A stretch of 62,414 nucleotides of DNA, filler included. It is 11 parts of 11 records of this genome, joined end to end, with 100 filler letters (N's around TTAATTAATTAA, not from the genome) between each part and the next. Parts side by side here need not be neighbours in the genome. Positions count along the whole stretch, not along the records: positions 3,716 to 14,842 come from SRR7504441_8895; positions 14,943 to 19,106 come from SRR7504441_8898; positions 19,207 to 24,661 come from SRR7504441_8904; 8 more parts are not named here. One strand, written 5' to 3'. Shown one piece after another: positions 11,801 to 21,954 of the stretch. Positions within the stretch are counted from its first letter, which is position 1. Every line of letters begins with the position of its first letter. Both the position numbers and the translations under genes were made by a program. The notes under the pieces were generated by a model. The model searched no databases. It saw only the letters and a program-made list of their open reading frames with translations, and was not told where the DNA came from.

Positions 11801-14550
11801 TCCCTCTCCTCCAACTGGGATCTATTCGGTGCAGACTCGCCACGCTCACCCAGGCGCGAGGCCTGCGTCACGCCGTCATCCCCGCTGCATCGCCAGATGA
11901 GCAAGGAGCAAGCAGATTTGAATGCACTCGCAGCGGCAGCTGAGGAGCAGGAATCCGCTGCAGCCCCTTACGCAAACACTGGATGCGAGTGGGAGCGGCA
12001 CCGGATCATGGGATTGCCCCTGTGGCTGAGGGGCGCCGATGCGCTCAAGAAAAGCGCAGAAGGACTCTGCACGCAGCTCACCAAACGCCTCAAGCTCAAT
12101 GCTGCGACCAATCTGCCAGTGGTCGTGGACCTGACGGCCCTGCTTTATTGCGCCCTCGGCAAGGTCAAGGTCTTACAAACCGTTTACAAGGCCATCGTCA
12201 AAGACCAGAAGATCGCAGACTTCCTCAGCGCAGACTTTAGTGATCCTGCCCAGCAGTCCAAGGCTGCTAAGAATGCATTCAAGCTCCTGTCAATGCACCG
12301 CTATCACCTTGCCGCGGCTTTCTTCTTGCTCGGGAACCAGCCTACGCATGCTCTTAGCATATGTGCCAAGCAGCTGAATGATATGGTCCTCGGATTCTTG
12401 TTGGCACGACTGCTGCCTGACTCACAGATGCTTTCGCTCTACATTAACGACTTTGTCATCCCCAACTGCCAAGATAACTGCCTTCTCAGCGTCATGCAGT
12501 GCTGGTAATCCGTGCTTGCCCATCGAAGTGTTTTGATTCAACTGTAGGCTGGATCCAGACCTCGACCTGCACAGGCTCGATGCAGCCAATGGCGGCCAAG
12601 TACTCAGCGCACTGCTGGTTGAACCAGCCCAGCCAGCTGCACCTCCACTCAAGGCTAGATGCTACTCAGCAGCAGCAATCCATCTGCACAACACAATTGC
12701 ACCATCTGTAAGTGCAGCATTGCAACGGCCGGTTGAGTGTGCTGAGCAGGCCCGCGTCTTTGAAGATGGCTCGCCTGCTGGGTTGGCTGCAAGGGCCATT
12801 GTGTACAAATACCTAACAGCTGGATATCCAGCAGCTGCACTGTTGGTCTCAGCCAATGCTGCTTCGCAGACAATAGAGCCACAGAGGACTGTGATCGAAG
12901 CGATTCTTGTGCATTGTGTTGCTCGATTGCTGATGGCATCCAAGAATGGGAGCAGCACATTTGGTGGAAGTGAATGCGACCCGATCCACCTAGTGGAGCA
13001 AGTGAGAGCCTGTCTGCCAAGCTCGCTGGAGCAGGACCACACCACTGAGATCCTGGCCATGTTTGCGGACGGTTGTCGATGCCGTCGCCAGCTTAAGTCG
13101 CGCTGCATTGCTTCAGCTGCGGCCCAGGGCCCCAAAACAGTGGTGCACATCCTCTGGAATGAATGCAGGCAGACGCTGGTCGCTCTGTACCGGTATGGCC
13201 GTGGTGCTGTGGATGGCGACAAAGATACTCTGGCAGAATGGAGGCCTTGCGCCTACGCTTGGGTCACGAGGCTTAAAGAGGTGGTTGACACAGAGAATGA
13301 GCTATTAAACCTGGACGCATTCAAAGACTGCCAGCTAAGTGATTGTCAAGCAGCAGCTGCAGAGGAGGACTCGGAAAGTTTACCTTTCCTCACCTGGGAG
13401 CAGGCCCGCTGCCATATCCGCGCTCATACCATCTGTGTGGCGATGGCAACAGCGCTATGTTACCGGAATTACTCCTTGATACAGCGTGTGCTCCAGCTGG
13501 AGCGAGAGGAGCTTAGCCTGGCCGCGCTATCGGCGCTGCTGAGTACCATCCTGGAGGAAGAGCATCTGGATGACCCATTGATGGCATACAACACCACGCC
13601 ATGCGCCTCGCCTACCACCATGCGATCCGACTCGATGGGCAGCCCAGGCGGGTGCACTCCGGAGGCAAGAGTCTACTCTGAGGAGGAGAGGGTATTTGCT
13701 CAGATGGCACTTGTGGTGTGCACTGCGCTTCGGTGCCTGTTGCTACGAGTGCTGGGCGAGGGGGTCTTTGCGCCTTCACTCAAGACTCTGCAGGCGCTTG
13801 GCTGGTTTAGGCACGGCTCTGAGGCTGGTGGCAGGTTCTCGGCTGTGTTGATGCCTGGCAGAGCGGCTACGAACGAATGGTGCCTGCAGCAGTCTGGACT
13901 TGCACTGATAGCCGGGGGTAACAGGTTCAGTCTGGGCTCAGCCGCGAATCCCTCCGGAGGGAGAGCTCTGTGAAGAGCCCTGGAAGCCACATTGAGGGGA
14001 TCGCCAATACTTTAGAGGCCGAGTTCTTGCAACCAGGTACTAACGCCCAGCTAGCAGGTCGCCACAGCGGGTGGCTTCAGGTGGGCTTCATCATACCGAA
14101 GAGGCGGCACAGCTGTGGCTGTGGCTGCGGCAGCACCCCGATGTGGAGGACATGGTAATCTACGAGAAGCACACCGGATGGGTGCAGATCAAGTCTCGAT
14201 GGAACACTGGCGCTCGATTCCTTGTGCTCGAGCGTAACTGCCTCGGCATCTTTGAAGTCGGAGAAGCTGAGGCTAATTATTCTGATACCACCGCATGGTC
14301 GCCACCTCTCAAGAACTATACCGTGTCGGCTGGGGGGCAGGATGAGCAGCAAGAAGACGGCATGTGTACGGTGGTGCTGACCCCACTGAGTCACAAGAGC
14401 CAGTTCAAAGGATACACCTTTCTCTGCGAAACAGAGGAGGAGCAACGGGAATGGGTCCGGCGCCTGGAACGCCATTGCTGCGATGCCTCGAAGGCTGCGG
14501 CAATGAACGAGGTGCGCTTAAGTATGGAGGCGATCGTTGGGAAGCGCTAG
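8871..14550 (+). CDS. RAV1: RAVE complex subunit Rav1/DmX-like protein with two PH domains, multi-exon
   Basis: LPVYHPGMLIELV; WERHRIMGLPLWLR; ALLYCALGKVKVL...KIADFLSADFSD...KAAKNAFKLLSMHRYHLAAAFFLLG (Rav1p_C); WD-like strands; PH-like segments at about 9450-9810 and 14160-14480; exons linked by short introns such as 12505-12548. Confidence 0.8.
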
Positions 14551-14842
14551 TTAGCCTGAGATTGGCGCTCACGCCACCGACCTGCGGCTTATACTGGCGG
14601 CTCCTCAGATTAGCGCTACCACCACCGACCGGCGGGGCGGGTCGACTGGTGGTAGTGGATACTTTGATAGTATGCGTGCTTCATCGTATTAAGAATTAAA
14701 TAAAAGATAACCTGAAAACGTTAACTGCTTTATTGATGCGTTGAGTACTAGCCGGCTTGAGCTCCATAAAATGTCATGTATTGCGTACAATCATGCATGT
14801 ACCTGATCATTACTGGTGGCGGCAGGGGAGCAGTACGTGCCG

Positions 14843-14942
14843 NNNNNNNNNNNNNNNNNNNNNNNNNNNNNNNNNNNNNNNNNNNNTTAATTAATTAANN
14901 NNNNNNNNNNNNNNNNNNNNNNNNNNNNNNNNNNNNNNNNNN
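14843..14942. other. Artificial contig linker
   Basis: N-run with TTAATTAATTAA. Confidence 0.99.
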
Positions 14943-15006
14943 AGTAGTAGTAGTACTGTAGTAGTATCCTTTTTTAAAAGTATAGTACAGTCGTACGATC
15001 ACGCAG

Positions 15007-16143
15007 TCAGCTCGCCAAGTGCTCCAAGTTCCGGAGCACCGCCTCGGCATTCTGCGAATCTGGGTCGCGGAACACTGCCGTGCCTGGATTGGCCGCAAAC
15101 CTGGCTGCGGCTCGGTCCAGCCGCTCATCCACAGGCAGCTGCACCAGCACGGCCAGTGGCTGGCCGCACATCTCGGCAATCCGCTCCAGCAACATCCAGG
15201 CGAGTGTGTCGTCGGACTCAGCGTCATGCTGCAGGTGGGTCGGCAGCCACAGCAGCGCGTCAAGCCGCTCGGCGCTCTGCAGCGCATGGTTGATCGCTTC
15301 GAGCGCAGCCACAATCTGTGGCTCGGCCAGTGTGCTCCCCAGCGGCGCGCTGTCACGATGAGCCTGCTGGTCAGGTGGGTGATTGATCGCCAGAGCCAGA
15401 TTGACCACATCTCCCAGGCAGCCGTCCGGCCCGTACCCGTTAAGTGCCTTGCACAGCCACCGCACCGAGTGCTGCTCCAGCGTGACCCCTTCGTCCGGCG
15501 CGGGCGAGGCTCGCAGCGCCGCCGCAACATGTGTGTCAAACCCGAAGCACCCGAGCACCTGCTCAAAGTGGAGGTGGGAGGCCCAGTCCGCTGGCAGCCC
15601 GCACCGCTCGCTGACAAACGCCTGCCAGCTCTCGTAGCTGCTGATCTCGCCCGGCTCCAACCGCTCAAAGCCGTCAACAAACTTTTCCAGCCGATCAGCT
15701 GCCGCCGCGTTGTCGGCTCCCGCCAAGCTGCGCGCCGCCTCGACTAGAGGCCGGATCTTGGCAGCCTTCCGTTGGATGAACGTGGACAGCCGGCAGCTGG
15801 GCAGCCTGACACCCAGCCGGTCTGACACCCGCCGCATAGCCGGGCCTTCGAACAGGTCCATCACAGCTCGGCAGATCCGCGGCCCGAACACAGGGGCGTC
15901 GAAGTCGAGCGCGTGGTCGGCTAGGAATCGTTGCACGCCCTGGCGCCGGTTGAACGGAGGGAGTGCGCACCGGAGCGAGATCGGGCAAGCGGGACCCATC
16001 CAGCGGGCGAGCTCGGCCTGCAGCAGGGCCGTCTGCTGGCCGCAACTGAACAGCCTGGCGGTCTGCCGCCTCTTGGAGCGCCGCAAGCGCGCCAGTACGA
16101 CCGATGCCGCGGCCAGCACCACTGCCACCGGCGCCGAGTGCAT
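15007..16143 (-). CDS. Hypothetical protein with N-terminal hydrophobic anchor
   Basis: Continuous ORF of about 378 aa from ATG 16141-16143; AVVLAAASVVLARLRRSKRR anchor; C-terminal HDAESDD acidic motif. Confidence 0.65.
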   Translation of the reverse strand: MHSAPVAVVLAAASVVLARLRRSKRRQTARLFSCGQQTALLQAELARWMGPACPISLRCALPPFNRRQGVQRFLADHALDFDAPVFGPRICRAVMDLFEGPAMRRVSDRLGVRLPSCRLSTFIQRKAAKIRPLVEAARSLAGADNAAAADRLEKFVDGFERLEPGEISSYESWQAFVSERCGLPADWASHLHFEQVLGCFGFDTHVAAALRASPAPDEGVTLEQHSVRWLCKALNGYGPDGCLGDVVNLALAINHPPDQQAHRDSAPLGSTLAEPQIVAALEAINHALQSAERLDALLWLPTHLQHDAESDDTLAWMLLERIAEMCGQPLAVLVQLPVDERLDRAAARFAANPGTAVFRDPDSQNAEAVLRNLEHLAS

Positions 16144-16259
16144 CGACTCCGCCGAGCCCGGCTGGAGGGACACACCTACCCACCGCTGTCCGGGCAGCTG
16201 CAGGCAGGTTCAGCCAGGTTGCCGTTTGGCGCCCTGCACTCCACCACAGCGGCGGATCT

Positions 16260-17384
16260 ATGGCCACCAGGAGCTGGAGCGAGGCCAACCTGCAGGCCAA
16301 GCGGCGGGCCCAGGCGCTGGCCCACAAGCAGCCGCCGCCGCCGGACCCGGCCAGCCTGTTCAAGACCGCGGTGGCCAAGGTCTCTTTCGGGGCCGACTCG
16401 CGTAAGGAAGCGGTTGCCGAGCTGCAGCAGCTAACCGAGCTTGTGGAGCGGCACGAGCTGTCGGTGCCGGAGGCTCAGATCCAGCGGCTGCGAGGCTCTC
16501 TCCAGGCCGATCCGGCCGTGTGGGGGGCCGAGGTGAACTCGGCTCTCGAGCGACTCAAGCGGGCGGCCGGGCTGGAAAGAGTGCAGAAGCGTGCCGACCA
16601 GCTGGTCAAGGACGAGGCGGCGGCGCAGCAGAAGGCGGAGGCGGACGGGGACGCGATGCAGCGGATGCTCACCGCCCGCAGGGCCCGGCAGCAGGCCGGG
16701 CACACTGCGGAGGCCACGCAGGCGATGGCGTTGTCCCTGGATCAGGAGCTGAAAGCTGCCGAGGTGCACATCGCGATGCTGCGCTCGCGGCTGGCCGAAG
16801 TGCGCACGAAGAATCAGGACGCGCGGAGGCTGGAGGGCCTGTATCGAGCCGAGGAGGAGAGGCTGGTAAAGGAGATTGACCCCGCAGCTGCCCTGCCCAG
16901 GGCCACACCTGTGGTCCGGACTAGCCCAGGTCTCTCTTTGGGCACGCACGTCATCCAGACCTTCCCGGCAGTGGCCGGGCCCGGCCAGGTACTCTACAGG
17001 CCGCCCTTCGGGACCGGGTCTAGCCCACCAATGCCTATGGTCTACAAGGCTGGTGGTGTACAGGCCTGGAGTTCTGCAGTGGTGGAGGCAGGTGCAGACC
17101 CGTCGCCCAAGCGGACCAAACGGTCCAGGTTGCAGCCTGCGGCCAGCAGCAGGGCGCAGCCGGCGGCAAAGCGAGTCCGGGGGTCAGCATCTCTCCCGAT
17201 GGAGCCTAGAGCGCCGGCCCTAGGGCTGGCTCTGCCGAGGAACGATGTGGCTCCTCCTAGACCTGGGGCAGTGGGCCGATTAGCCCAGCAAGTTGTGGCG
17301 AGCCCGCGCAAGATGTTCCTTGCGGCGGTGCAAGCCCTCGGCTCGCTCACGGGCCGGAAGCAGCCGGATGAGCCACAAGGCTAG
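16260..17384 (+). CDS. Hypothetical coiled-coil protein
   Basis: ORF from MATRSWSEAN; heptad-rich first half, Pro/Ala-rich tail; followed by AT-richer 3' region. Confidence 0.65.
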   Translation: MATRSWSEANLQAKRRAQALAHKQPPPPDPASLFKTAVAKVSFGADSRKEAVAELQQLTELVERHELSVPEAQIQRLRGSLQADPAVWGAEVNSALERLKRAAGLERVQKRADQLVKDEAAAQQKAEADGDAMQRMLTARRARQQAGHTAEATQAMALSLDQELKAAEVHIAMLRSRLAEVRTKNQDARRLEGLYRAEEERLVKEIDPAAALPRATPVVRTSPGLSLGTHVIQTFPAVAGPGQVLYRPPFGTGSSPPMPMVYKAGGVQAWSSAVVEAGADPSPKRTKRSRLQPAASSRAQPAAKRVRGSASLPMEPRAPALGLALPRNDVAPPRPGAVGRLAQQVVASPRKMFLAAVQALGSLTGRKQPDEPQG

Positions 17385-17629
17385 CCATGGTTTGGTGGTC
17401 GACAGTTGTTGGCTATTTATAAGCTATTTAGAACTCCTCAAGCATAGAACTTAGTGATCCGACGTAGATCCGACGAGTGGCCAGGGTGGTTGATATGTCG
17501 ACAATAACGTACTACGTATATCGTTTTAAAATTAATAAGCTTACATAATTATTGATCATCGTCTAATTCGAATCATTGTACAGGTCAGTAGTAGAGGACT
17601 TGCGTCGAGACCGCTGACATAGCAACTAC

Positions 17630-19042
17630 TCACAAAATGACACAACAGCCACCGCCGCTCTCCGGCTGCTTGGCAGCCTTGTCCATCTCTGGGGCTGGCT
17701 TGCCCTCCACTGCCTGCTGCGAGCTCCGCTTTGCCTCACCCGCACAGTGGTCGGGTTGCTCCTCCCCAGCGGGCATGTGGTGGCTGCTCTTACCCTTGCA
17801 GCAAGGCTTCTTCGGAGGGCCGGCCGCCTTCCGGTCCGCGAAGTATCCCTCGACCGCCTTGGCGGCCTGGGTCTGCTCGGGCCTGTCGCCTGCCTCCTCC
17901 GCCTGTTGCTTCAGTTGCCTCAGGTACTCGATGTGAGGCTCCAGCTTGTCCAGAGCATCCAGCTGAGCGTACTCGTCTACCAGGCAGTTCAGAACCTTCT
18001 GGGCGTGCCCCGGCTCGATCCGCCGCATCACCAGCGCAATGCCCTGCGACGAGCGCGCCTGCTCGCTTGGCAGCCTCGCCTCCGCCTCTCTCAGTTGACT
18101 AAGAGTCAGCTCTTCTTCAACAAGCAGGTTACGCGCCGCCAGCCGGAACGCGTTCGCCCCCGCGCCCAGCGCTGCGGTGCTCTCGGCCTGCCGGGCGGGT
18201 CGGGACGGCGGCACTGGCCAGGCGTACCGTCGGCTGCGCTTCCAGGTACGCGATCGCCTTATCAGGCTGGCGGGCAAGGTGTGACTTTGAAAAGTCCAAC
18301 AGCCCAGCCACTGCATATGACGAGCCGGCCGCCGCCGCAAAGCAGAGCGGAGTCCAGCCCACGAACCGAGGGTGCCTCGAGTGTGGCACTGGGTCGAACG
18401 GCGCGGCGGTGGTGCTGAGCATTTTCTGCCGCCACGAGTGAGGACAAGGCAAAGCCGGCGGCTGCCTTGATCAATTGGGCTGATATGTTCCCGCCGTCCG
18501 AGTCCACCCCGGCCGAGGCACAGGCCAGATGGAGCGGGGACATTCCCAGATTGTCCGGCGTCTGCAGCGCAGTGCTTGCGGACTTGCCCTTCAGGACCTG
18601 GCTAGGCTCGGCTGGCGCATAGCCCGGTGGGGGTACCCCCGCGTCGCTCAGTAGCTTCCACGCGTCGAGGCTGCGCTTGCGCTCGGCCATCTCGGCGACC
18701 CAGTGAAGCACAGTCCAGCCGGCCTTGTCGGGTTTGGTTAGCAGCTGCGGGTCGCCGGCCTTGTCATATAGCGCTTTGACAATGGCCTTCCGGTTGTCCG
18801 CAGTGCCCTTTGTGCTGAGTACCGCCGCCGTAAACGCTGTCCGGCCGTGCTGCCGCCGGCGGTCAGCCGGGTCCAACAGCCGAGCGCACCCGGCCCCACT
18901 GGCAGCCTGGGTCGCCGCCGGCTTCGAGGCTGGCCTGCACCCGCTTGGCGTCGCCGGTCTCGATAGCTTCGATCATGCCGAGATTCACCCCGCTCACGAC
19001 GATTTCTTCGTCGTGCCCCTCGCGCCCGCACATACACGCCAT
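17630..19042 (-). CDS. Ankyrin-repeat protein with C-terminal CaaX box, multi-exon
   Basis: Ankyrin motifs HGRTAFTAAV, DKAGWTVLHWVA, DNLGMSPLHLAC; ends GGGCCVIL*; starts MACMCG. Confidence 0.8.
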
Positions 19043-19106
19043 ACCGGCGCCGCACACCGAGCAGAGCAACAGAGCACTATTCCAGACAATGTCAGTAGCC
19101 TGATAG

Positions 19107-19206
19107 NNNNNNNNNNNNNNNNNNNNNNNNNNNNNNNNNNNNNNNNNNNNTTAATTAATTAANNNNNNNNNNNNNNNNNNNNNNNNNNNNNNNNNNNNNN
19201 NNNNNN
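19107..19206. other. Artificial contig linker
   Basis: N-run with TTAATTAATTAA. Confidence 0.99.
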
Positions 19207-19395
19207 ATCGCCTCCGCTCCGTGTTTCTGTACCGCTTACAACAGCTGACATTATGTGCTCCATTTGAGCCCGCAGTCCAAGCTATCTCGGATCATAGATC
19301 TAACGGCGACTGGCAATCGTGGCGGGCCGACGACCTCGAGCTCGAGCTGCGCCAGCACCGGTTCAGCCCGGCCGGTGCGGGTAATAAGGCCGGCA

Positions 19396-21777
19396 ATGGG
19401 CGGTAAGCGGGGGGAGCTGCTGGAGCAGATCGAGGCCTGCACGGACTTCGACGAGGTGCTTCGCCTTGACGGGGTAGCGCACCAGTTGCCCTGGGCCCGG
19501 GCGATTTGGGAGTCCAAGCTGAAGCGGGACAAAATGTCGGCTGTCACGCCTGGAAGTCCCCGACGCGACGCGGATGCACTGCTCAGTCCCCGACACGACG
19601 CGGATGCACTGCTCCGCTCAGCGTCGCAGCTGCGCGTCAAAGCGGACAAAAGCAGTGGCCCGATCTACCATCTGGTTCGATGGCCGATCGTGATTGGCCT
19701 GGTGCTCGTGATCAGCGTGCAGGCCCTGCTGTATCTGATGGTCCGGCTGGCGGTATTCGGGTGGGAGCTGAAGCACTGGGCGCGGTACCGGGCCCTGGCC
19801 GACGCCCGCACATACGAGGAGTGGAAGCTGGCGGCGGTGGCGATGGACCAGAGCCAGGGGGCGTCGTGCAGCTCAGCCTGGACGGAGGAGGAGTCCATAC
19901 TGCTGAGCCAGACGCAGGCGATCCGACAGCTGATCACGGGCAAGCAGCTTGGCCGTCTGGTCAAGGAGCTCCGGCTTGCCTGCAGCATCCAGCGGAGTCG
20001 CGGCGCTGCTTATGAGGTTTTCTTTACTAGGAGCCACACAGGGATCAACCAAACATTCCGTGCGTACGCCGACACGGTAGTACATGGTCTAAGGCTGGTC
20101 TCTGGCTCGGAGCATGCAACCGGGCGCTTGTACGAAGAGCTATCTCAGAGCTACGGTCAGTCTGCGTTGCTGCTCAGCGGTGGGGCTGGCAACGGGTTTT
20201 ACCACCTCGGGTGCATCAAGGCGCTGCTAGATCAAGGATTGCTCCCCAAGGTCATTTCAGGCTCTTCAGCCGGCGCGCTGATGGCAGCTTTCGCGTGTAC
20301 CCGGGATGAAAAGGAGTTGGCCCGGGCGCTCCGCGACCCCGAGGCGCTGTGTAAGCTGTTCAGCTCCAATGAGGAGCCTTTGAGCGTCAAGCTGGGCAGG
20401 CTGTGGCGTCGGGGTGTCTTGTTTGACCAGGATCAATGGACTGAAAAGCTCCTGGTGCTCACTGGTGGGGCTATCACCTTCCAGGAGGCACACGAACTGA
20501 CTGGTCGAACATTGTGTATCTCTGTATTCGACGGTGCAAACCGGGCGATCTTGTTGAGTCACGCGACCACGCCAAACGTCCTAATTCACAGTGCTGTGCT
20601 AGCGTCAGCCGCAGTGCCTAGAGTTTTAGAGCCTCAATGCTTGTATGTCAAAGCGCCGGATGGGTCGATCAAGATCGATCAAGACTATGGATCACTGTGG
20701 CGTGATGGCTCGATTAAGGTCCCGGAATATGCATTTCTTAATCTTAAGTAAAGATGCAGGAGGATCTTCCCTTCACCAAGCTGCAGCAACTGTTCAACGT
20801 CAATTTCACGATCGTCAGTCAGGTCCGAAAACCAAAAACATACCAAAGTTCAGCCCCTGGGCCGCAGGTTGAGCCTCATATCGTCCCATTCTTCTACAGC
20901 AACAGGGGCTCTGCGGGTGAGCCGACCAAGCACCGGTCAGGCCAAGGGTTCAGAGGCGGATTCCTTCTGGCTTGGGCTGAGAGCATCCTAAAGAAGGAGA
21001 TGCGCAAGTGGTTTGCTGTAATGAGGGACTTCGATCTACTTCCTTCTTTCTTTGGGTGCAACGTACATAACTTGTGGTTGCAACAGACTCACGGCATTGC
21101 GAGCAGCCGGGGCCGTGAGCTCACATGGCCGGGTACAGGTGATGTAAATATAGTGCCCCCGCTCAGATGGCGAGATTACTTTTCTTTGATAAGTCAGCCC
21201 ACTGCTACAGACATGATGAGGTGCCCGCATTTGAGCCCTATCCTGCGGAGCTGTCAGTGTGTAGGTATATGCTAACCTTGGAGAGGGTTACCTGGCGAAA
21301 GGTGGGCTGGATCCAAGCACACCACTCAATTGAGCTAGCGCTTCAGTCTTTGACTAACGGCGCGGGCCTACACACGACCGCACATGCGGCTGAGGCGGAG
21401 GAGGCTATGTCATCAGAAAGCTTTGATACTGTCAGAGCTACTCGAGATGCTGCTGTGGATGAACTCGGCAAAGTGGTGACTGTGGCTCATGATTTGACCA
21501 ACCAAGTTCGCTTGCTCAGGCGTCGTTCACATGGTAATCCGAGAGCCTATGCATGCTGCGATTATGATCGGCTTTGTTTGTGCCAGTTTACCATGCCGTA
21601 ATTCTTGGATTTATTGTGCTCATCAATTTGATTCTATGGAAGCATCGCAATGTACTTATAGACAGCACGGATGAAGCTCTCGATACGCTCCTAGAGCTCT
21701 CCGGTATCTCGCTTTGGTATTTCAGTCAAGGCTTGACAATCACCTACTTGATCGTTGTTGTTTGTACGGAATATTAA
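19396..21777 (+). CDS. Patatin-like triacylglycerol lipase (SDP1/TGL3-5 family), multi-exon; ends approximate
   Basis: ARTYEEWKLAAVAMD; LLLSGGAGNGFYHLG; nucleophile ISGSSAG; WRDGS; DLPFTKLQQLFNVNFTIVSQ-VEPHIVPF. Confidence 0.92.
19555..19614 (+). repeat. In-frame 30-bp tandem duplication (SPRRDADALL/SPRHDADALL)
   Basis: agtccccgacgcgacgcggatgcactgctc followed by a copy with one mismatch. Confidence 0.9.
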
Positions 21778-21954
21778 ATTGATCCTTGGAAAACTTAAGT
21801 TATGTGGGTCTTAAGGGCTCCAACTTTCTAATAAATATAACTATGATACTTGGAAGACTTAATGATTCTGATTATTGGTTCTTTTTTATTTTTGTCATTT
21901 TGAAACATACATAATTTTGAAATTAAATGCTTGTGCGCACATTTTTAAATCACA

